DNA of 64,000 bases from contig CAVORW010000004.1 of the NCBI GenBank assembly GCA_963698715.1, forward strand, positions 697,550 to 761,549. The letters run 5' to 3'. A model generated the notes under the pieces. The model searched no databases and was not told the DNA's origin. It saw only the letters and a list, made by a program, of their open reading frames with translations. Position numbers and translations under genes: made by a program. This document shows, one piece after another, positions 29,783 through 38,709 of this stretch; position 1 is the stretch's first letter; every line of letters starts with the position of its first letter. The DNA is from an uncultured Chloroflexia bacterium. Lineage in GTDB: Bacteria; Chloroflexota; Anaerolineae; Anaerolineales; UBA4823.

Positions 29783-31288
29783 TTAGTGCCGAAAATGGCG
29801 GACACCAGTAAACACCATTGCAATCCCATATAAATTTGCTGCGGCGATTGATTCGGAATCTCGGACAGAGCCTCCCGGCTCAACAATCGCGGCAATACCA
29901 GCCCGGGCTGCCTCTTCCACTGAATCTGGGAAGGGAAAGAATGCGTCTGAAGCCATTACCGCTCCTTTTGATCTATCGCCGGCGCGCTGAACAGCTATAC
30001 GCACACAGTCTACCCGATTTGGCTGCCCACCACCAATGCCGACCGTCCCCTGTCCTTGAACCAGGACGATTGCATTGGATTTAACATGCTGGCAGGCTTT
30101 CCAGGCGAAGCGCAGACTTTCCCATTCAGCCGCTTCCGGAGCGCGCTGAGTTACAACTTTCCAGTCCGGAGTTCCGGGGGGATCGCCCAAATCCACAGAT
30201 TGGCTCAGCATACCCTGGTTGACTGACCGGTACTCAAACAATGGTTCAACCCTCGTATCCGGCATAGCAACCAGCCGCAAATTTTTACGGCTGTTCAGGA
30301 TTTCCAAAGATTCTGCGCTGAAACCTGGGGCAGCAATACACTCTAAAAACAAATTGCCCAATCCACCAGCAATATTTGCATCGAAAAGCCGGTTAACTGC
30401 AACAACCCCGCCGAAAGCCGAAACTGGATCCGAGGCCAGCGCAGGGGCAAAAGCATCACCTAGTGTGTCGGCAGAGGCTATCCCGCAGGGGGATAGGTGC
30501 TTGACAATACAAACCGTTGGGCGATCAAAAGATACGGCTGCCCGCCAGGCTGCATCCAGATCGAGCAAATTGTTGTAAGATAAAGCTTTCCCTTGAAGCA
30601 GCTGCCCCCCCAGCGGGCCAGAATCAGGTCGGTAATTATAGAGAGTGGCTGCTTGATGGGGGTTTTCGCCGTAACGCAATGTGCTCACCGGGTAGAGCCT
30701 CAGATCCAGAGGTGTAGGCTGATCTTGCAAATAAGCTGAAATCGCCGAGTCATAGTGGGCAGTTAACAAAAAACCTTTCACAGCCAGTGCTCGGTGAATC
30801 TCGAGGGATAAGGAATTCTTTTTAAGTTGTTCGAGCACACTTTGGTAATCTTGCGGGTCACAAACCAGGGCAACCCGCTCGAAATTTTTCGCGGCTGCCC
30901 GCATCAAGGCAACACCCCCAATGTCGATATTTTCAATCGCGTCTTGCAGATTTTTATCAGGCTTTTGGATCGTCTTCTCGAACGGGTAAAGATTCACGGC
31001 AACCAGATCGATAAGCGACCAATTGAGTTCCTTCAACTGGTCCAGATCCTTCGGGTTATTGCGAGCCAGCAAACCAGCGTGGATTGCCGGGTGAAGTGTT
31101 TTGACACGCCCCTGGAGGATTTCTGGCGATCCGGTATACTCCGCCACTTCAGTGACCGCCAACCCGTTTTCGCTCAAAAGCCGGGCTGTACCGCCAGAGG
31201 CGATCAGCTCCCAGCCCAGTTCAAGCAATCCGCGCCCAAAATCGACCAGACCGGTTTTATCATACACAGAAAGAATTGCTTTCGGCAT
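29783..31288 (-). CDS. purH: Bifunctional AICAR transformylase / IMP cyclohydrolase
   Basis: MPKAILSVYDKTGLVDFGRGL...GRVKTLHP.IHAGLLAR...; full length. Confidence 0.95.
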   Translation of the reverse strand: MPKAILSVYDKTGLVDFGRGLLELGWELIASGGTARLLSENGLAVTEVAEYTGSPEILQGRVKTLHPAIHAGLLARNNPKDLDQLKELNWSLIDLVAVNLYPFEKTIQKPDKNLQDAIENIDIGGVALMRAAAKNFERVALVCDPQDYQSVLEQLKKNSLSLEIHRALAVKGFLLTAHYDSAISAYLQDQPTPLDLRLYPVSTLRYGENPHQAATLYNYRPDSGPLGGQLLQGKALSYNNLLDLDAAWRAAVSFDRPTVCIVKHLSPCGIASADTLGDAFAPALASDPVSAFGGVVAVNRLFDANIAGGLGNLFLECIAAPGFSAESLEILNSRKNLRLVAMPDTRVEPLFEYRSVNQGMLSQSVDLGDPPGTPDWKVVTQRAPEAAEWESLRFAWKACQHVKSNAIVLVQGQGTVGIGGGQPNRVDCVRIAVQRAGDRSKGAVMASDAFFPFPDSVEEAARAGIAAIVEPGGSVRDSESIAAANLYGIAMVFTGVRHFRH

Positions 31289-31431
31289 AGTTATCTACAT
31301 CCTCACTTAATATCGCTCTTCCAAAAAGCACCCAACCGTCAGTCTGCGCCAATGCCAGCGCTCATTTTAACTGAACTTGCTTCAATCCGGCTCCTTTTCT
31401 TGAAAATATCGCCCGAAAATACTGGAGGTGC

Positions 31432-31460
31432 TTGCTGTGCCCAACCGAGAAGACTATAAT
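31432..31460 (+). promoter_or_regulatory. Putative promoter of purB
   Basis: TTGCTG (31432..31437), 17 nt, TATAAT (31455..31460). Confidence 0.5.
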
Positions 31461-31535
31461 GTCAGGCAATAAACCATCCGGATAATTCAGAACGCACTTT
31501 TTATCTGCTCAGGCTCGGGCAAAAAGGACGGGAAA

Positions 31536-32927
31536 ATGCCTTTCGATTTTGACACTTATTTATCACCATTTACATGGCGATATGGCAGTCCCGAGATGCA
31601 AATTATCTGGAGCGAGGTGAACAAACGGCGTTTATGGCGGCTCCTATGGGTGGCGCTGGCAGAGGTTGAGGCTCAGTTTGGCGTGCTCCGCTCCGAGCAA
31701 GTCAACGATTTGAAGGCACACATGCAACAGATTGATGTTTCCCGGGCCCTGGCTATTGAAGCCGAGATACATCATGATCTGATGGCTGAATTGCAGGCCT
31801 TCGCCGAACAGGCTCCGATCGGAGGCGGCGGGTTGCACCTGGGGGCAACCTCCATGGATATCGAGGACAATGCCGATGTGCTTCGGATCCGGAGCTCTCT
31901 GGATTTGATTCTGGAAAGACTGCAGCCAATCCTGCTCGATCTGGCAAAAAAAATCGATGCCTGGGCTGACCTGCCGCTGATGGCCTTTACCCATCTCCAG
32001 CCAGCAGAGCCGTCTACCCTTGGATATCGCCTGGCCCAATACGCTCAGGATCTGCTGACAGATTGGCAAGCGCTTTCCGCAATCCGGGCCAGTCTGCGAG
32101 GCAAGGGCTTTAAGGGCGCAGTTGGGACCAGCGCATCTTACGCCGAATTATTGGGCGTTGAAAAGCTGCCTGAATTCGACGAGCGCCTGTCTGGAATATT
32201 GAAACTGGAATTTTTCCCGGTCAGCACGCAGGTATACCCGCGCAAGCAAGATTACCAGGTTATTGCTGCGCTGGCGGGATGCGCTGGCTCGTTATACAAA
32301 TTTGCATTCGATTTGCGTATTTTACAAAGCCCGTCCTTTGGAGAGCTCAGCGAACCCTTTGGCAAAAAACAGGTCGGCTCTTCGGCAATGCCTTTTAAAC
32401 GCAACCCGATCCAGGCCGAGAAAATCGACTCCCTGGCCCGCTCCCTGGCGCAGATGCCACGATTGGCCTGGGATAACGCTGCTAATTCCCTGCTGGAGCG
32501 CACCCTGGACGATTCTGCCAACCGCAGGAGCCTGCTGCCGGAGGCTTTCCTGATCATGGATGAACTTCTGCTGGTCGCCAAAAAGATTATCACTGGTCTT
32601 CAAGTGGATGAAGGTGCGTTGAGACATAACCTGGATCTCTACGGCCCGTTTGCTGCCAGCGAGAGGGTCTTGATGGCAGCCAGCAAAGCCGGCGCGGATC
32701 GCCAGGCACTCCACGAACGATTGCGTGTTCACGCAATGGCAGCCTGGGGGGAGTTACAGGCGGGTAAATCCAACCCCCTGGTGAAGTATATCACTCAAGA
32801 TTCTGAGCTGCTTGACGTTCTGTCAGCATCCGAATTGACGGCCTTGATGAACGCCAGCCAGCATGTCGGCGATGCCCCTGTGCGGGCCAGGCAGCTGGCG
32901 AAAGAGGTCCGCGCTCATGCGGCTTGA
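31536..32927 (+). CDS. purB: Adenylosuccinate lyase
   Basis: Fumarate-lyase signature GSSAMPFKRNP. Full length, 463 aa. Confidence 0.9.
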   Translation: MPFDFDTYLSPFTWRYGSPEMQIIWSEVNKRRLWRLLWVALAEVEAQFGVLRSEQVNDLKAHMQQIDVSRALAIEAEIHHDLMAELQAFAEQAPIGGGGLHLGATSMDIEDNADVLRIRSSLDLILERLQPILLDLAKKIDAWADLPLMAFTHLQPAEPSTLGYRLAQYAQDLLTDWQALSAIRASLRGKGFKGAVGTSASYAELLGVEKLPEFDERLSGILKLEFFPVSTQVYPRKQDYQVIAALAGCAGSLYKFAFDLRILQSPSFGELSEPFGKKQVGSSAMPFKRNPIQAEKIDSLARSLAQMPRLAWDNAANSLLERTLDDSANRRSLLPEAFLIMDELLLVAKKIITGLQVDEGALRHNLDLYGPFAASERVLMAASKAGADRQALHERLRVHAMAAWGELQAGKSNPLVKYITQDSELLDVLSASELTALMNASQHVGDAPVRARQLAKEVRAHAA

Positions 32928-32989
32928 CGTGCATGTTTTCCGGCCCAGGCAGCAAGATAGCTGAGATTAATCTGGCTTTGGTGAAATGC

Positions 32990-34285
32990 TCAGGCGGGCG
33001 GCACCAGGATGACTTGATCCCTTTCTGGACCGACTGAGAGAATCGTCACCGGGACGCCGACCAGCTGTTCGATCTTCCTTACATAGTCTTGCGCCTGAGC
33101 AGGAAGCTGCTGAAAATACCGGATAGCAGTTGTCGACTGCATCCAGCCTGGCAGCTCCTGGTAAACCGGCTGGCAACTTTGCAGCCAATGGGCGTCCCCC
33201 TGCCAGTAATGGGCGAGATCCTGATCCGGGCCACGTTCGGGAGTGTGATATCCGACGCAAATTTTAACCGCAGGCAAACTATCTAAAACATCCAGCTTGG
33301 TTAATGCAAGTTCGGTGAAACCATTCAACTGGCTTGTGAAGCGGACCAGATCAGCATCGAACCAACCACAGCGCCGCGGCCGCCCTGTCACCGTGCCATA
33401 TTCATGGCCTTGCTCGAGCAAAGTTTTCCCGTCTTCGTCAAACAATTCGGTTGGGATCGGACCCATCCCAACCCGAGTCGTGTAGGCTTTGGCAATTCCA
33501 ATCACCCGCTGGCATAAAGCTGGTGCAATTCCCAGCCCGGCACTTACCCCGCCAGCCAGGGTAGTAGAGGCCGTGCAGTACGGGTAAGTGCCCCAAGTAT
33601 TATCTAGCAAGGCAGCCTGAGCACCCTCAAGAACGATTTCCTTATCCTGTGCGAGCGCTTCCTGCAACATCCCAAAGTGCTCGCGGACCATCGGCCGAAT
33701 TTTGGCATATTGGTCCATTTTTTCAGCAATAATGGCCTTTGCTTCGAGCGGCTCAATACCAAAAGCCTCAAGGATTGGATTTTTCACCGCCAGCTGAATT
33801 CTCAGCTTTTCGGTAAAGATTTTTTCATCCGCCAGATCAACTAAGCGTATACCGTTATAACTGACCTTATCAGCATACACCGGGCCCATTCCACGCCGGG
33901 TTGTGCCGGTGCGGGCGTCACCTTTTGCATTTTCGTAAATCCCCTCCAAAAGTGGGTGATATGGCATCACGAGATGGCAGCGTGGTGAAATCCAATATCG
34001 GGAGCGCAGATCGATACCCTGGCTTTCGATAAATTCAAGCTCGCTGATCAGCGTCTCCAAATTGAGCACAACCCCTGGGCCTATGATACAGACTGTATCT
34101 GGGCTGGAAAACCCATTGGGCGTTAATCGAACCTTGAAGGTTCCATATTTGTTGACCACAGTATGCCCAGCATTATCCCCACCATTGAAACGGGCCACGA
34201 TTTCGGCCTGACCGGAGAGCAGGTCTGTTATTTTTCCTTTCGCTTCATCCCCCCATTGTGCACCAACGATTACAGTAACAGCCAT
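32990..34285 (-). CDS. purA: Adenylosuccinate synthetase
   Basis: MAVTVIVGAQWGDEAKGKITDLL...; ATG at 34285 after GGAGG. The track extension to 34393 reads through the repeat cassette. Confidence 0.95.
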   Translation of the reverse strand: MAVTVIVGAQWGDEAKGKITDLLSGQAEIVARFNGGDNAGHTVVNKYGTFKVRLTPNGFSSPDTVCIIGPGVVLNLETLISELEFIESQGIDLRSRYWISPRCHLVMPYHPLLEGIYENAKGDARTGTTRRGMGPVYADKVSYNGIRLVDLADEKIFTEKLRIQLAVKNPILEAFGIEPLEAKAIIAEKMDQYAKIRPMVREHFGMLQEALAQDKEIVLEGAQAALLDNTWGTYPYCTASTTLAGGVSAGLGIAPALCQRVIGIAKAYTTRVGMGPIPTELFDEDGKTLLEQGHEYGTVTGRPRRCGWFDADLVRFTSQLNGFTELALTKLDVLDSLPAVKICVGYHTPERGPDQDLAHYWQGDAHWLQSCQPVYQELPGWMQSTTAIRYFQQLPAQAQDYVRKIEQLVGVPVTILSVGPERDQVILVPPA

Positions 34286-34301
34286 AATGCGACCTCCATT
34301 T

Positions 34302-34434
34302 TTAGTGGTTCTTTCGCTAAATTCTTTGCAAACATAAGAAGGATATGTGGTGTTCGGTTTGGGCGGCTGCACCGCCCAAACCGAACACCACATTTCTCTT
34401 TTTTCTTATGTGACTTGCCGAAAAGACCATTTAG
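34302..34434 (-). repeat. Bipartite intergenic cassette, copy B, with nested palindrome
   Basis: Minus strand CTAAATGGTCTTTTCGGCAAGTCACATAAGAAAAAAGAG, then the hairpin, then CTTATGTTTGCAAAGAATTTAGCGAAAGAACCACTAA. It ends 16 nt before the purA ATG. Confidence 0.8.
34345..34393. repeat. REP-like palindrome: perfect 22-bp stem, 5-nt loop
   Basis: ATGTGGTGTTCGGTTTGGGCGG CTGCA CCGCCCAAACCGAACACCACAT. Confidence 0.85.
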
Positions 34435-34561
34435 TCCCTCATTATTTTCCATGCGGAATGGTTTTCTTGGTAAGGGTGCTTTGGGAATCTCTGGAGTGGG
34501 GAATTTGGCAACCAAACAACTAAGTCCCCAGCCTGTCTCTGGCCAGGGCAATGCCTGGTCC

Positions 34562-35518
34562 TTAAGAACGCTGGATCGGCCTGGTCGGCGGTTCTCGGCG
34601 GTAGCGCGGATCGCGCTCTATCGTCAGGCGCAGCCCCTCCTCAAGTGAAAAACGAGGCTGGTAACCCAGTTTATCACGAGCCAGGCTGAGATCTGCGCAC
34701 ATCCGTGACACGCCTGGTGAAGTACGTGGATTGTTAATCACTTCTATTTTTGCTCCAGTCACAGCCGTGACCATCCTGACAAGACCCCGGATGCTGGTCT
34801 CTTGCCCGCTGCCGATATTAATGACCATCTGGTTAATTCCAGGCGCCGTAGCAGCGGCTATCAAGGCAGTGACCACGTCATCCACATATACATAATCGCG
34901 GGTTTGATTACCATCTCCGTGCATAACCAGGGTCCCCCCGCGCATCGCCTGGCGTAAAAAATTTGGAATTACCGGTGGATGCGAGGGTGGCAAATGCTGT
35001 CCGGGGCCATAGGCATTAAACACGCGCAGGCTTACGCTCTCAATCCCCCACAGATCACCGATGGTGCGCACATAATATTCAGCTGCCAGCTTAGAGACGG
35101 CATAAGGAGAACGCGGGTTAGGAAAGGCTGTTTCTTTGAGAGGCTGAGTTCCCTGATCCCCATACACTGCCCCCGACGAGACAAATACAACTCGGTGAAC
35201 GCCGACATCGCGCATGGCTTCCATCAGGCTAACTGTTCCGCCGACATTGGTAGCGTTATACTCGCGCGGGTAAAGCACTGATTCGGGCACAGCCACTCGC
35301 GCCGCCAGATGATAGACGCAATCCACTTCTTGCAGCAAAGTCCACAACTTGGGACGATCATTGACATCGCCCCGAGTAAAGAGGATATCCGGAGAAAGCG
35401 ATTGCGGATTGCCTGCCGAGAGATCATCCAGTCCCCGGACCTGATGGCCTTCTCGAACCAGATAATTTGCCAGATTCGAACCGATAAATCCGGCCGCACC
35501 AGTGATTAAAAAATTCAT
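34562..35518 (-). CDS. NAD-dependent epimerase/dehydratase (UDP-sugar 4-epimerase-like SDR)
   Basis: ITGAAGFIGSNL Rossmann motif, YAVSK catalytic motif. Confidence 0.85.
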   Translation of the reverse strand: MNFLITGAAGFIGSNLANYLVREGHQVRGLDDLSAGNPQSLSPDILFTRGDVNDRPKLWTLLQEVDCVYHLAARVAVPESVLYPREYNATNVGGTVSLMEAMRDVGVHRVVFVSSGAVYGDQGTQPLKETAFPNPRSPYAVSKLAAEYYVRTIGDLWGIESVSLRVFNAYGPGQHLPPSHPPVIPNFLRQAMRGGTLVMHGDGNQTRDYVYVDDVVTALIAAATAPGINQMVINIGSGQETSIRGLVRMVTAVTGAKIEVINNPRTSPGVSRMCADLSLARDKLGYQPRFSLEEGLRLTIERDPRYRREPPTRPIQRS

Positions 35519-35703
35519 TCAGTGCCTTTTTGTATCCTCTCAGTATTAGGGGGTAAGTTGTTTGTGGCCATCCTGATCCCTAAAATTTCAGGATATAGCC
35601 CAAACCTTCAGTAAATTGATTATAGCACGTTGGCTGATCAGCTAATCCCGTGAGTGTATTTCAACTTGGGGTAGTTACAGCATAAGCCCCTATATGGATG
35701 AAT

Positions 35704-35756
35704 GATTGGGTGTTATTGGCAGCGCATGGCAGTGTCAATAACACCCAATCCTTTTT
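35704..35756 (+). repeat. 15-bp inverted repeat with 17-nt loop plus T-tract; a diverged relative of the GGGTGTTA-type palindromes
   Basis: GATTGGGTGTTATTG (35704..35718) and CAATAACACCCAATC (35736..35750), then CTTTTT. It lies 75 nt upstream of the 35830 gene with no upstream plus-strand gene to terminate. Confidence 0.55.
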
Positions 35757-35829
35757 CCACCAGGATTGAAATGCACCTTCAGAAAGATAATAAGCCTTAG
35801 GCTCTTCCTGGCATGGTAAAATCCCAGCG

Positions 35830-37101
35830 ATGTTAACCACCCTTCGCCGTTCTACTCGAAACCTAATCTTAATGGCCATCCTTACGGCCTTACTGGGCGG
35901 TAGCATTGTGCCTCCTGGCGACCAAACTGAACGGGTCCGGGCGTTCACTCGCCAGATTGAGTTCGATTATGTAGGTTGGACGATCAACGCCCTGGGAGTG
36001 AAATTCCAGCAAACCGCATTGGGGAGTGGAGATTATCTATCCAACGCTGCTCGCGGCCAGATGATGCTGGAGTATATGGAACTGGTAGCCGATATTCAAA
36101 AAGCTGAGGCTCAATTGAACGATATCTACGCTGACCCAGCAGTTGATGATCCTTTTGCGGCCTCCAGTGAGCTGCGAGCCCATCTTCAAGGTTTATACGC
36201 CCGGCGTGAAAGCGCAGGCCCGCTGGCCGAATCGATCCTGCAGGGCCAGATCAGTGCAATTGCCGCACAACTGGGCCTGACCTTGGGCGGCCAACCTGTC
36301 CCACCCGTACTATTTCACAGCACACCATTGCCCCTGGCTTTGATCGTATCGCCGCGCGATGTAATCCGCCAGGAAGATGATATCTCCCTTAAACCTGACC
36401 TAACCATCGACCAGCAGGCGGCTCTGGAGTATCAGGTAGATACTGCGATTAATGTATCGTCATTGGTAGTAAAAATCGGGGGAGTTGGGCTCTACCCCAC
36501 CATGGTCTATCAAACCAGTTATCTCAATGGCTATATAGAAGTCGTCGCCCATGAGTGGATCCACAACTATCTCACCTTACGCCCGTTGGGGCTTAATTAT
36601 CTTACATCTCCTGAATTGCGCACCATGAATGAAACCACCGCCTCGATTGCCGGCAAGGAAATCAGCCAGGCTATCCTGGAGAGGTATTATCCTGAGCTTG
36701 TCCCGCCGCCTCCCACCGCCACCCAGCCTGCTGCTCCGCTGACGCCGGTCGAGCCGCCCGCTTTTAATTACAATGCCGAGATGCGCATCACCCGCGTTCG
36801 GGTGGACGAGCTGCTGGCGGAAGGCAAAATCCAGGAGGCCGAGGCCTACATGGAGGCCCGCCGGGCGATTTTCTGGGAAAACGGATATCGCATCCGCAAA
36901 CTTAATCAGGCTTATTTTGCTTTTTACGGCGCATACGCCGATCAGCCTGGCGGGGGCGCAGCCGGAACAGATCCGGTTGGGGCAGCTGTCCGCCAGCTGC
37001 GTGCCCAGAGCACTTCCCTGGCAGACTTTCTGACCCGTATTTCCTGGATGTGGTCAGTGGAACAGCTCTATCAGGCGACCGCCTACGATCCTCAAGGGTA
37101 A
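35830..37101 (+). CDS. Membrane-anchored hypothetical protein with HExxH motif (putative zinc metalloprotease)
   Basis: N-terminal TM (LILMAILTALLGG). VVAHEWIHNYL contains HEWIH. No family recognised. Confidence 0.55.
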   Translation: MLTTLRRSTRNLILMAILTALLGGSIVPPGDQTERVRAFTRQIEFDYVGWTINALGVKFQQTALGSGDYLSNAARGQMMLEYMELVADIQKAEAQLNDIYADPAVDDPFAASSELRAHLQGLYARRESAGPLAESILQGQISAIAAQLGLTLGGQPVPPVLFHSTPLPLALIVSPRDVIRQEDDISLKPDLTIDQQAALEYQVDTAINVSSLVVKIGGVGLYPTMVYQTSYLNGYIEVVAHEWIHNYLTLRPLGLNYLTSPELRTMNETTASIAGKEISQAILERYYPELVPPPPTATQPAAPLTPVEPPAFNYNAEMRITRVRVDELLAEGKIQEAEAYMEARRAIFWENGYRIRKLNQAYFAFYGAYADQPGGGAAGTDPVGAAVRQLRAQSTSLADFLTRISWMWSVEQLYQATAYDPQG

Positions 37102-37380
37102 TAATCTATCCAGAAGTATTGAGTATTCCTGGGGTGGTATCCTCATCACAGGATTTCCCAGAGACCCTAATTTAAGGTTCTCCGGAATCTCTGCGGGAGA
37201 GTCCCAGCAATTGCCAATGACCCTAATTCAAGGCTAACAAACCTGGCAAGATTCGCTGGTAAAATGAAACACATTTGTATCCAATTTGACAACGATATTA
37301 CGGTAGGCAATCCCACTCTCGTGAATAACGCGATATTGTCAGGCTGGTTAGCCCTAAAATTAATGGAGAGATGATCCATA

Positions 37381-38670
37381 ATGGTCAGGAAAATATTCTT
37401 TATTGCCAGCCTTCTGGCTCTACTTCTGGCTGCCTGTACAGGCAGCCAGCCAATTGTGACTGAGACACCCACAATCCCAAGTGCCACGCTGGCACCCACA
37501 GCTACCACTGCGCCCCCAACCGACGAACCAAGCCAGGAGACGCCTGTGGCGCAGTCCCTGGGACCTGGCTGCAACGTGATCAGCCTACAACCAACCCCTG
37601 GGCCAACCCAGCAATCGATTTTTCCTCCGGTTAGCGAGGACGATTGGGCAAAAGGGCCAAAGGATGCGTATGTCACCATCACGGAATACAGTGATTTCCA
37701 ATGCCCTTTCTGCAGCGAGCTCGAACCGGTTCTCGAACAGCTGCAAAAGGATTTCCCAAAAGATTTGCGCATTGTTTATCGTCATTTTCCATTGGTTAGC
37801 ATACATGATAAAGCCGCTCTGGGGACCCAGGCCTCCGAAGCTGCGGGTATTCAGGGGAAATTCTGGGAAATGCACAATTTGCTGTTCACAACCCAGAACG
37901 AATGGGAAACGTTTACCCCCGATCAATTTATAACCTGGGTGATTGAGCAAGCCAATGAGTTGGATCTGGACATCGATCAGTTTCAGGCGGATTTTGAGAG
38001 CGATGACCTGGTCAAGCTGGCTGAAGACGCCTGGAGCCACGGGTCTACGGTTGGCTTCCCCGGCACGCCTATGATCCTGTTCAACGGCAATTATTACAAC
38101 GGGCCGCTCAGTTACAGCAACATCTCCGCCATCATCAAACTGATGTTGTTGGAAGAACGACAGTACTCCGGCTGCCCGCCATTTGAAATTGATCGCAGCA
38201 AACAGTACATTGCCACACTGGAAACAGCCAGGGGTGAAATTGTGGTCGAATTATTTACTGAAGATGCCCCATTGGCGGTGAATAATTTTGTGTTTCTGGC
38301 GCGCGATGGCTGGTTTGACAATATTACCTTTCACCGAGTCCTGACTGATTACATCGCGCAATCCGGTGATCCTACCGGAACTGGCTTTGGAAGCCCCGGC
38401 TATGCGTTCGACAATGAAATATCACCCGATCTGAAATTCGACCGAGCCGGTTTGCTTGCTATGGCAAATGCCGGGCCAGGCTCAAATGGATCCCAATTCT
38501 TCATCACGCTGGCGCCAACGCCCAACCTGGATGGCGACTACACGATTTTCGGCCAGGTAGTCGAGGGGATGGACGTCGTCAAACAGCTGACCCCTCGCAA
38601 CCCGGATCAATCTGATCTCAATCTCCCAACCGGTGATGCCCTCCTATCGGTGACGATTGAAGAGAAGTAG
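37381..38670 (+). CDS. Lipoprotein fusing a DsbA-like thiol:disulfide oxidoreductase with a cyclophilin-type peptidyl-prolyl isomerase
   Basis: Lipobox LLLAACTG. FQCPFC (CxxC) thioredoxin-fold half. Cyclophilin half FHRVLTDYIAQSGDPTGTGFGSPGY...GPGSNGSQFFITL. Confidence 0.8.
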   Translation: MVRKIFFIASLLALLLAACTGSQPIVTETPTIPSATLAPTATTAPPTDEPSQETPVAQSLGPGCNVISLQPTPGPTQQSIFPPVSEDDWAKGPKDAYVTITEYSDFQCPFCSELEPVLEQLQKDFPKDLRIVYRHFPLVSIHDKAALGTQASEAAGIQGKFWEMHNLLFTTQNEWETFTPDQFITWVIEQANELDLDIDQFQADFESDDLVKLAEDAWSHGSTVGFPGTPMILFNGNYYNGPLSYSNISAIIKLMLLEERQYSGCPPFEIDRSKQYIATLETARGEIVVELFTEDAPLAVNNFVFLARDGWFDNITFHRVLTDYIAQSGDPTGTGFGSPGYAFDNEISPDLKFDRAGLLAMANAGPGSNGSQFFITLAPTPNLDGDYTIFGQVVEGMDVVKQLTPRNPDQSDLNLPTGDALLSVTIEEK

Positions 38671-38709
38671 TACGCCTGGTGGTCGGCAAGCCGTTTACTG
38701 GTTCAGTCT

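Noticed and set aside
30827-31459. 210-aa plus-strand ORF
   Set aside because: It is antisense to purH across most of its length, with low-complexity and unrecognisable sequence. It is a shadow ORF.
34286-34393. N-terminal extensions offered by the ORF track (purA; also serS to 8665, rnhA from 27061, acd to 45092, lysS to 10658, greA to 11177)
   Set aside because: The conserved N-termini begin at internal ATGs that have GGAGG-type RBSs. The extensions read through leaders, terminators or repeat elements.
37167-37772. 201-aa minus-strand ORF
   Set aside because: It overlaps the start of the DsbA-cyclophilin gene in antisense and runs through a non-coding spacer. It has no motif and no RBS.
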